Source: an uncultured delta proteobacterium (GTDB lineage: Bacteria > Myxococcota_A > Polyangia > Polyangiales > B10-G4). Taken from it: a DNA stretch of 64,000 nucleotides. Under the pieces are notes generated by a model. It searched no databases. It had not been told where the DNA came from and worked only from the letters and a program-made list of their open reading frames with translations. The stretch covers positions 352,001 to 416,000 of the forward strand of contig CAVSGI010000010.1 of NCBI GenBank assembly GCA_963727445.1, read 5' to 3'. Made by a program: the position numbers and the translations under genes. Shown piece by piece: positions 1-7,731 of the stretch; the first letter of the stretch is position 1, and each line of letters begins with the position of its first letter.

Positions 1-1095
1 CGACGCAGCGACGTACGCGGGCTCGAAGGACTCGACCCCGGCCCAGGGCGTGGTCGCCTGCGCCGCGACGTCACCTTCGGCCCCTCGCACGACCACGCCG
101 TCGACGAGCGGAGCGGTGAGGAGGAGGAGCGCGACCAGCCCGCCACCGACGAAGCCCCCCACGGTGGGGCGGGCGCGCGTCCACGCCCAGACCACCATCG
201 CCAGGAGCGGAGGTGCCGTGAGCGCGAACGCCCAGGTCGAGACGCTTCGAAAGACGGCCACGTCCCGCGCGCTGCTGGCCAGGACGGAGCCCACGCCGTG
301 ACCGACCGCGGCCAGGCCGTCCATGACCTGGACCATGGCGCCGGTGGCGCTGGCGCTCGTCGCGGCGACGAAGGCGAGGCTGAGCGCGGCGACCGAGGAG
401 ACCGCGAGCGCGGCGCTCCTGTGCCGTGGCGCGTCGCGTCCGACTGCCGCGCCCGCCAGGGCCACGCACGGCAAGGAGAGGGCGGCGACGCCGAGGGGAG
501 CGAGGGGACCCTGAAGGCCCCAGACGGTGAGGAGCCACACGGCGACGCCCAGCATTGGCAGCGCGGTGAGCGCGAGCGCGGCGGCGGCCGCTTTGCGGTT
601 CGGCGCGCGCTGTCCGGCGGCGGCGAGGGCGAAGCCCAGCGCGACGCCCGAGAGCGTGCCCGCCGAGAGCGAGGCGCCGATGAGGTGGGAGAGGCTGACC
701 AGGAGGACGCCTTGCGCGGTCACCGCGGTGCGCGTCGCCGGATCGGCGAAGCCTAGCGCGCTCTCGACCTGGTAGGTGGCGAGACGTGTGCCCGCGAGGC
801 CGACGAGCCAGGGAAGCGTGGCTACGCCGAGGGTGACGAACGCGGGAACGCGCTTGGTCAGACCGCCCAACAAAAGGAGCACCCCGCAGAGGACGGGCAC
901 CAGGGCGAATGGCAAGAGCAATGCGTAGGAGACCGGATCGAGCGCTCCGACCGCTTCCGTCGAACGCACGCCCAGGGCGACTCCGACACAACAGGTCGTG
1001 CCGAAGACCAGCGGCATCACGGCGGCCACGCCGGCGAGGGCCTTGCTCGGCTCGCGCGGCGTCGTCGTCGATGCTTCCTCCGGGCGAGCCGTCAT
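1..1095 (-). CDS. Multi-pass membrane protein, 3'-truncated by the window edge
   Basis: Not in the ORF track because it has no stop in the window. Manual translation from ATG 1095 (MTARPEEAS...LLLPFALVPVLCGVLLLLGG...LGFADPATRTAVTAQGV...) shows several hydrophobic helices, and the frame matches at base 1. A TACCCT -10-like hexamer lies 8 nt upstream. Confidence 0.6.
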   Translation of the reverse strand, partial: MTARPEEASTTTPREPSKALAGVAAVMPLVFGTTCCVGVALGVRSTEAVGALDPVSYALLLPFALVPVLCGVLLLLGGLTKRVPAFVTLGVATLPWLVGLAGTRLATYQVESALGFADPATRTAVTAQGVLLVSLSHLIGASLSAGTLSGVALGFALAAAGQRAPNRKAAAAALALTALPMLGVAVWLLTVWGLQGPLAPLGVAALSLPCVALAGAAVGRDAPRHRSAALAVSSVAALSLAFVAATSASATGAMVQVMDGLAAVGHGVGSVLASSARDVAVFRSVSTWAFALTAPPLLAMVVWAWTRARPTVGGFVGGGLVALLLLTAPLVDGVVVRGAEGDVAAQATTPWAGVESFEPAYVAAS

Positions 1096-1129
1096 CGCCG
1101 TCGAGGGTACACGCCGAGGGCAATCGCAG

Positions 1130-3349
1130 TCAGAGGCCGCTGGAAGGCTCAGGGATGGGCAAGCCGCTCGCGTCCAGATTTCGCTGGTTGTCTCGGTAGA
1201 GGACTTCGTCGTTGATGCGCGCCTGGTCGAAGCCCGCCGTCTGGATGTTGGCGCCGATGGGATTCGACGAGACGACGCCGCTGTGCAGGTCCATCGTGCC
1301 TCCGCCCGCGAGCTGGATGCCGGCCAGCGCATTGCCGTCGACGACAAAGTCGCGGGCATCGAGCTGGGCGTTCGAATAGGCGCCGAGGCCGACGCCGATG
1401 CCGGCGCCACTGCAGCTGGAGGTGGCGCAGGCGCGCTCCGCCGTGTCCCGCACCTCGACGTCGACGAGCTCGACGGTGGTGCCATCGCCGCGCGCCGCGA
1501 TGGTAATCTCCCGGTTGTCGGTGAAGAAGCCTCCCTGGACGTTCACGGTGGCGCCATTCTGGGCGACGAGCCCGACGCCGAATTGTCCGCTCGCGGCTTC
1601 GCTCTCGGTGCGCCTGACCACCACGCTCTCGAGGGTGAGCGACGTGCCGGCGCCGTCGGCGCCGATGCCGGTCTCGTGGTTGTCCTCGACGAGCACCGAG
1701 GTCGCGCGCGCGTGGCTGCCGTCGCCCAGATACATGCCGCGACCGAAGCGCCCGTCGCTCGTCTGGCCGCGTGTGCCGCGGATGATGAGGTCGGTGATCT
1801 CGGCGTCGGCCGTCGCTCCCACGATGACGAGGCCCGCCTGCTCGTTGTCCTCGAGCAGAACGCGCTCGAGCTGCGCAGAATCCTCGACGTGGATCCCCTG
1901 ACCGAGCGTTCCATCCAGCCTGCGGCCGATGGTGTCGCGAATCGTCACGTCCGACAGGACGAGGGGCGTGCCCGTCCGCGTGGAGACGCCCGCGGTCTGG
2001 TTTCCGGCGAAGAGCGAGAGCGTGACCTGGGCGCTCGCGGCGTCCTCGAGACCGAGGCCGAATCCGTCGATCACGTCTCCCTCGGCGCCGGTGGTGTCGG
2101 CTACCACCAGGTGCTCCCCCTCGACGCGGCTACCCGAACCCAACGCGAAGACGCCCGCCTCGGCCGTGTTGGCCACGAAGACGCGTTCGAGCATCGCCAT
2201 AGAACCCTCGCTCAGGCTCAGCCCGCGCCCGAGACGCCCGTCCGAGGTTCGCGTGATGTCGCGGATGATCGAGTCGCGCAGCACGAGAGCGGTTTGAGCG
2301 TTGGTCATCGTGATGCCGCCGCTGACGTTGCGCTCGATCACGCTGGCGTCGAGGGTGATGTGGCCGCCCTCCGACACGTCGACGCCCTGCCCGAAGCGCC
2401 CGTCGGCCTGGGGCATCGTTCCGAAAAGCGCCAGCTCGCTGATCGCGGCGGAGGAACCGGCGCCGAGCACCCACAGGCCCGTCGCCAGGTTGCCCTCGAG
2501 GGTCACCTGCGCGAGCTCGACTGTGGAGCCATCGAAGACGGCGAGACCCGCGCCGGACTCGCCCGTCGCGCGCGCGCGTGTCTCGCGAACGACGACCCGG
2601 TCTCCGCTCGCGTGGGCGCCGTTTCGCACGACGACCCCGAACTCCCGCGCCCCCTCGACGGCGACACCGTGGAGCTCGACCGCGCCGGACTGCACCACGA
2701 CTCCGGGTCGCTCGCCAGAGAGGTGGACGTTGCGCACGACCGCGCCTTCCCCGAGCACCGTCACCACGCCGCTCGACACCGAAGCGCTCGTCGCCTCGAT
2801 CCCCGAGTCGGAGGTGCAAGCGCCCACCAGAGAGACGCCCGCCCTCAGGGATACGGCCTCCGAAGCCATGCCCCTTGCCAACGCGATCGTGGTGCCGGAG
2901 CTGGCGCGCGCGACGGCATCGGCAATCGTCGCGAAGGGCGCATCGCGCGAGCCATCCCCACTCGGCGCTGCACCCGGCTGCACGTACAGAACGTTCGTGG
3001 CCGGCAAATCCTCGGCCCACGCGCCCGCGGGGCAGGGAGCGCCAATCGGTGCGCACGCCGCCGTCCCGACGAAGCGAGCCTCTCCCATCGCGCAACCGTG
3101 CACCGTCCCCGACGCCCACGGCTCGCAGACCGTCACGCCATGAGCCGAGCGCTCGGTCCATCCATCCGGGCACGGCGTGAGCACGGGTGGCGCGGGCGAA
3201 AGGACCGCCATCCCGGCGTCGCCGCCCGCGTCCATCATGGCCGCGTCGGGTTCGCCTCCGTCGTCGCCGGTGCAGCCGAACAGCGCGAGGCATCCCACGA
3301 TCGTGCATCGGGCGAGCGCGATGAAGAGCGACCGAGCGAAAGCGCGCAT
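1130..3349 (-). CDS. Lipoprotein with DUF1565-like cap and right-handed parallel beta-helix repeats
   Basis: Lipobox-like LALFGC and a DAG-rich linker. 'VLYVQPGAAPSGDGSRDAPFATIADAV' is the typical beta-helix N-cap, followed by repeated 'DGRFGQG/DGRLGRG..V..G...L....L..N' units. Start is uncertain (3349 or 3391). Confidence 0.75.
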   Translation of the reverse strand: MRAFARSLFIALARCTIVGCLALFGCTGDDGGEPDAAMMDAGGDAGMAVLSPAPPVLTPCPDGWTERSAHGVTVCEPWASGTVHGCAMGEARFVGTAACAPIGAPCPAGAWAEDLPATNVLYVQPGAAPSGDGSRDAPFATIADAVARASSGTTIALARGMASEAVSLRAGVSLVGACTSDSGIEATSASVSSGVVTVLGEGAVVRNVHLSGERPGVVVQSGAVELHGVAVEGAREFGVVVRNGAHASGDRVVVRETRARATGESGAGLAVFDGSTVELAQVTLEGNLATGLWVLGAGSSAAISELALFGTMPQADGRFGQGVDVSEGGHITLDASVIERNVSGGITMTNAQTALVLRDSIIRDITRTSDGRLGRGLSLSEGSMAMLERVFVANTAEAGVFALGSGSRVEGEHLVVADTTGAEGDVIDGFGLGLEDAASAQVTLSLFAGNQTAGVSTRTGTPLVLSDVTIRDTIGRRLDGTLGQGIHVEDSAQLERVLLEDNEQAGLVIVGATADAEITDLIIRGTRGQTSDGRFGRGMYLGDGSHARATSVLVEDNHETGIGADGAGTSLTLESVVVRRTESEAASGQFGVGLVAQNGATVNVQGGFFTDNREITIAARGDGTTVELVDVEVRDTAERACATSSCSGAGIGVGLGAYSNAQLDARDFVVDGNALAGIQLAGGGTMDLHSGVVSSNPIGANIQTAGFDQARINDEVLYRDNQRNLDASGLPIPEPSSGL

Positions 3350-3441
3350 GAGGGACCAGTGTGCCAAAAAGAAGAGGTGGCGACCCATCAAAGCGCTCGA
3401 CGCTCGTTGCTCGCGCGCGCGCCCAGCGGTAGAAGGGCCCG

Positions 3442-4911
3442 ATGGAGCGTCGCGAGCGACCCTATCTCTTTTATTCGGCGACGCGCGCGCTCTGCGGGAC
3501 CTGCCTTGCCACCGTCGACGCCAAGGAGCTGATCGAGGACGGCAAGGTCTGGCTCTGGAAGCGATGTCCGGAGCATGGCCAGGAGCGGGTGCTCATCAGC
3601 GACGACGTCGCGTACTTCAAGCTCTGCCGCGAGGTCTTCCTCAAGCCGCCCGAGCAGGTGGAGCGCTACAACACGCCCTTCGCCCGCGGTTGCCCGCACG
3701 ATTGCGGCATCTGCCCCGACCACGAGCAGCACGGCTGCGTCAGCCTCCTCGAGATCACCGACCACTGCAATCTGCGCTGCCCCACCTGCTATGCCTCGAG
3801 CGGACCGGAGCGCGACTCGGTCCGAACGATGGACGAGATCTGCGCGATGCTCGATCGCATCGTGGCGAACGAAGCGGAGCCCGACGTGGTGCAGGTCTCG
3901 GGCGGCGAGCCGACCACTCATCCTCGGCTCTTCGAGATCCTCGACGAGTGCCGGCGTCGGCCGATCAAGCACTTGATGCTCAACACGAACGGCCTGCGCA
4001 TCGCGCAGGAGCCGGGCTTCGCCGAGCGACTCGCGGCGTACCAGCCGGGATTCGAGGTGTACCTGCAGTTCGACGGAGTCTCCGACGAGGTGGCGCGCCC
4101 GCTCCGCGGTGCCGACGTCACCGAGCTCAAGAAGCGCGCCGTCGAACGGCTGAACGAGGTCGGGCTCTCCACCACGCTCGTCGCCACCATCCGGCGCGGC
4201 GTGAACGACGATCGCCTCGGTGAGCTCATCGCCTACGCCGCCGCGCAGCCCGCGGTGCGCGGGGTGACGCTGCAGCCCATCTACGACTCGGGGCGCAACG
4301 AGCACTTCGAGCCGGAAGGGCACCGCATCCCCTTGTCGGAGGTGCGGCGGCGTGTCGTCGAGCAGTTTCCGGCGCTCACCGCCGCGGACGTGATCCCGGT
4401 GCCCTGTCACCCCGACTGCCTGGCGATGGCCTACGCGATCCGTGGCGAGGGCGAGCGCTTTGCCGAGCTCACGCCGCTCACCCGGCACGTCCCCGCGGAG
4501 GTGCTCCTCTCGGCGGGCAAGAACACCATCGTCTACGAGGGCATGGCGAAGCAGATCTTCCGCACCTTCTCGACCGGCCATGGCCCCGAGGGTGCGACGC
4601 ACGCGCTTCGCGACCTCCTGTGCTGCCTGCCGCGGGTCGACGCGCTCCCGGAGCTCACCTACGACCGCGTCTTCCGCGTGCTGATCATGTCCTTTCTCGA
4701 CAAGCACACGCTGGACCTCCGCTCGGTCCGCAAGAGCTGCGTCCACGTCGCGTCTCGCGACGGCAGGCGCATGATCCCGATGGACACCTACAACATCTTC
4801 TATCGCGACGCGCCGGCGGAGAGCGAGCTGGTGGCGGCTTCGTCGCTCGGGCGCCGGTCGAGCCAGAAGAGCACGGCGAAGAGCGCGATGAACGCGAGCG
4901 ACGACCACTGA
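3442..4911 (+). CDS. Radical SAM protein of the Tes/GDGT-MAS (MJ0619)-like family, bacterial subtype
   Basis: N-terminal CGTC...KRCPEHG (rubredoxin-like), GCPHDCGICPDH (auxiliary cluster), TDHCNLRCPTC (CxxxCxxC), SGGEPT, NTNG, YLQFDG, and C-terminal KSCVH...IPMDTYN. Confidence 0.85.
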   Translation: MERRERPYLFYSATRALCGTCLATVDAKELIEDGKVWLWKRCPEHGQERVLISDDVAYFKLCREVFLKPPEQVERYNTPFARGCPHDCGICPDHEQHGCVSLLEITDHCNLRCPTCYASSGPERDSVRTMDEICAMLDRIVANEAEPDVVQVSGGEPTTHPRLFEILDECRRRPIKHLMLNTNGLRIAQEPGFAERLAAYQPGFEVYLQFDGVSDEVARPLRGADVTELKKRAVERLNEVGLSTTLVATIRRGVNDDRLGELIAYAAAQPAVRGVTLQPIYDSGRNEHFEPEGHRIPLSEVRRRVVEQFPALTAADVIPVPCHPDCLAMAYAIRGEGERFAELTPLTRHVPAEVLLSAGKNTIVYEGMAKQIFRTFSTGHGPEGATHALRDLLCCLPRVDALPELTYDRVFRVLIMSFLDKHTLDLRSVRKSCVHVASRDGRRMIPMDTYNIFYRDAPAESELVAASSLGRRSSQKSTAKSAMNASDDH

Positions 4912-5528
4912 TAGAAGGTGAGGCCGAGGGCGAGCGTCGGCTCCGGCCGCACCCACTCGGTGAAGAAGCGGTAGACGAAGTAGGCGAGGAAGTAGAGCTT
5001 GATCCGCTGGCGCTCGAAGAGGCCGCGCTGGCCGAGCGCGTAGAGCACCACAGCCGCGCTGGCGTGAAAGAGCGCCTCGTAGATCTGCGTGGGATGGCGG
5101 GCGACGCCGTCGCCGAAGTCGACCGCCCAGGGAAGGGTGCTGGCCGCGCCGTAGCAGCAGCCCGCCCAGAAGCACCCGAGGCGGCCGACGGCGATGCTGG
5201 CCGCCAGCGGCACCGCGAAGCTGTCGCCGGTCTTGGTTTTCACGCCCGCGGCGAGCTTCGCCACCTCGACCCCGAAGTAGCCCCCGACCAGGCCGAAGGT
5301 GATGGTGCGCCCATCACCGAGCCACACGGTGCCGTCGAGCAGCCCCGCGGGGTCGGCGACGAGCCAGGGGATCTTGGCGAAGGTCGTGCCGCCGATGATC
5401 GCACCGAGGACGAGGGCGAGGCGCGTGAGCCGGTTCAGCGGCAGGGGTGGCGACAACTTGCGGCGCACCACCGCTCCCACCAGGACCGCGCTGCTCATGA
5501 TGAGCAGATAGACGAAGTCGACATTCAA
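4800..5528 (-). CDS. Prolipoprotein diacylglyceryl transferase (Lgt) family paralog
   Basis: GRLGCFWAGCCYG, HPTQIYE and YRFFTEWVR motifs with several TM helices. The TTG start at 5528 overlaps the upstream stop (TTGA). Confidence 0.85.
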   Translation of the reverse strand: MNVDFVYLLIMSSAVLVGAVVRRKLSPPLPLNRLTRLALVLGAIIGGTTFAKIPWLVADPAGLLDGTVWLGDGRTITFGLVGGYFGVEVAKLAAGVKTKTGDSFAVPLAASIAVGRLGCFWAGCCYGAASTLPWAVDFGDGVARHPTQIYEALFHASAAVVLYALGQRGLFERQRIKLYFLAYFVYRFFTEWVRPEPTLALGLTFYQWSSLAFIALFAVLFWLDRRPSDEAATSSLSAGASR

Positions 5529-6085
5529 TACGCGCCCCCGAACGCCAGGACGCCGAAGCAGATGGCGATGAGGATGATGAAGGCAGCGACCGCCAAGAGG
5601 AAGACCAGACCGGTCACCACCACCACCGCGCCGAGGCCGATGGCCAGGGCCGTGGCGACCTCGCCCATCACGTCGCTGGCCATCGAGGAAGACTCTTCGG
5701 CCTGGTCCGCGCGCGCTGTGGCGTTCGCGGGCTGGGCACTCGGTGGGGCGCCGCTCGACTCGAAGGGCTTGCGGTCGCGCCAGAAGTCGAAGCGCTGCAC
5801 GTAGATGATGCGCGCCATCACCGCCACCACCGGCACCAGCATCAGCGCGTAGGGGACGAGGAGCCCCGGCCAAAGGAGCGCGAGCTCGAGCGCGACGCCG
5901 AGCATCACCATGAGCGCGAGGACGAAGCCGCCGATCCAGACGAAGCCCTCGAGCGGGGGCGCCGCGACAAGCTGACCCGTCGGCGCGGCCGCCGTTTCGG
6001 CGAGGGGGTAGCCGCAGAGCCAGCAGAACTTCGCGTCACCCTCGGCGCCGCTCCCGCAGCTCGGGCAGATACGGCCCGCCTTCAC
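5525..6085 (-). CDS. Zinc-ribbon membrane protein with a Cys-containing C-terminal hydrophobic segment
   Basis: GTG start overlapping the upstream stop. CPSCG...FCWLCG zinc ribbon, two central TM helices, and C-terminus ...AVAAFIILIAICFGVLAFGGAY. Confidence 0.7.
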   Translation of the reverse strand: MKAGRICPSCGSGAEGDAKFCWLCGYPLAETAAAPTGQLVAAPPLEGFVWIGGFVLALMVMLGVALELALLWPGLLVPYALMLVPVVAVMARIIYVQRFDFWRDRKPFESSGAPPSAQPANATARADQAEESSSMASDVMGEVATALAIGLGAVVVVTGLVFLLAVAAFIILIAICFGVLAFGGAY

Positions 6086-6705
6086 GAGGCCTCCTTCCGC
6101 GCGGCGTAGGCGTCGGCTGCCTCGCGAAGCGCCTTCATGAGCTGGCCGAGGGCGAGGCCGCTGAGCCCGAGGGCGAGGATGGTCATCACCTGTTGGTAGC
6201 GGGGGACGCGCATCTCGGGGCGGCGGAGCCAGGCATCGCCCACCAGCACCACGTAGCCGCCGATGGTGGCCAGGGTCGTGTAGCGGACCAGCGGGCGACT
6301 CAGGCGGAGGGGCGCGCCGGCGAGGATCACGAAGTAGGCGATGACCAGCGGGCTCTTCGGTCCGTCGGCGATCAAGAGGATCGACGTCAAGAGCACTACG
6401 TCGATGGTGGTGGTGACGTACTTCAGCGCCTCGGGGAAGCGCCGGCTGCGCATGGTGATGATCACGCCGAGCGCCGAGGCCATCCACGCCACCGCGAGCG
6501 CGGTGACCGCGGCGTGGAAGGTCTGGTCCACGCCCTCGACCCGCTCGAAGCTCAAGGAGCCGAGGTCCAGGCCGTGGTAGTTCAGGAGCTCGACCGCGTA
6601 GAAGCACGCGATGGCGAGGATCCGCATCAAGTTGGCCCGCTCTTCGCCGCGATACGACCACACACGACGAACGACGTGCCAAGCGCTCGGGAGTGCGTCG
6701 GACAT
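6082..6705 (-). CDS. Uncharacterised integral membrane protein (about 6 TM)
   Basis: Hydrophobic ORF (GEERANLMRILAIACFYAVELLNY...IDVVLLTSILLIADGPKSPLVIAYF). Its stop overlaps the next start (GTGA). Confidence 0.75.
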   Translation of the reverse strand: MSDALPSAWHVVRRVWSYRGEERANLMRILAIACFYAVELLNYHGLDLGSLSFERVEGVDQTFHAAVTALAVAWMASALGVIITMRSRRFPEALKYVTTTIDVVLLTSILLIADGPKSPLVIAYFVILAGAPLRLSRPLVRYTTLATIGGYVVLVGDAWLRRPEMRVPRYQQVMTILALGLSGLALGQLMKALREAADAYAARKEAS

Positions 6706-6756
6706 GGCCGGCACTGTCTCACGACGGCGTGAAAAATGGGTGGGGGAACTTCGCGA

Positions 6757-7731
6757 TCACTGCGCGGCCGTCGGGCGCGCGACGAGGGTGATCGCTCGCC
6801 GGTCCTCCTCGGCTCTGGAGAGCAAGCGGCTCAGGCGGTCGGCGACGGAGGTGCGGTGGGTCGGCAGGCTGAATGCGTCTCGGTCTTCGTGACATCGCGC
6901 GCAGGGCATCGTGGTGAGGGCTTGGGGGGCGCCGAGGTCGAGGAGGAAATCGTCCGCGCCGAGATCGGGAATGCGGCGAACCTCGGTCTCTTCGCGGAGC
7001 AGCAGCTCACCGCACGCGAGCGCGGCGCGATCGAGATGGAAGACGCGTGCTCTCGCCGGACCGTCTTCGTCGAGCTCGAGCAGCTCGATCTCGCCAGCGA
7101 CCCGCGAGAGGTACGCGGCGCCGGCATCGTCGAGGGCGACGAGCTGGCTCGCGAGGGCGCGCGCTTCGTGGTCACCCCGTACGAAGAGTCGAAAGACGCG
7201 TCTCAGCCCGAAGAGACGTTCGTGGGTGAGCACCACGTGCTCGGTGTCGAGCTCGCGCCAGCCGTCTCGCGAAGCGAGCACGTGCTCGACGATCGGCGGT
7301 GCGTCGACGCTGTCGAAGCGCGCGCCGGATGGGAGCGCGAAGCGGGTGATGAAGTCGTCGAGGGCGGCGAGCAGTGCCTGGCTCTCGGGTGACGAGATGC
7401 CCGTCGCGCGGAGGCGCGCCGCGGCCCCCCAGGCGTCTCCTTGTGTGACGACCGCCACTTCGGGGCGCACCTGACTCGCGTGGCGCGCCGGGACCCGGGA
7501 GAGCGCCGCGGTCAGCTCGCTGGCTCGGGCGAGCACGCCCTCGCTGTCGGCCGAGAGCAGCGCCGGCTCACCATTCGACGTCGTGACGGCGTACACGCGC
7601 GCGAGCGCCGCGCTCCCGTAGGATGGAGCGTCGCACGACGTCGTGGCTGGCTGGCGCACCTCTTCGTCACAACCGTCGCAGCTCCACAAGAAAAAGGGCA
7701 GCGCGAGGAGGAGCGCTCGAGGCCGATTCAC
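6757..7731 (-). CDS. Putative lipoprotein with a C-terminal CxxCH (possible monoheme c-type protein)
   Basis: GTG start overlapping the ACAD stop, signal 'RPRALLLALPFFLWSC', and CARCH near the C-terminus. Confidence 0.6.
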   Translation of the reverse strand: MNRPRALLLALPFFLWSCDGCDEEVRQPATTSCDAPSYGSAALARVYAVTTSNGEPALLSADSEGVLARASELTAALSRVPARHASQVRPEVAVVTQGDAWGAAARLRATGISSPESQALLAALDDFITRFALPSGARFDSVDAPPIVEHVLASRDGWRELDTEHVVLTHERLFGLRRVFRLFVRGDHEARALASQLVALDDAGAAYLSRVAGEIELLELDEDGPARARVFHLDRAALACGELLLREETEVRRIPDLGADDFLLDLGAPQALTTMPCARCHEDRDAFSLPTHRTSVADRLSRLLSRAEEDRRAITLVARPTAAQ

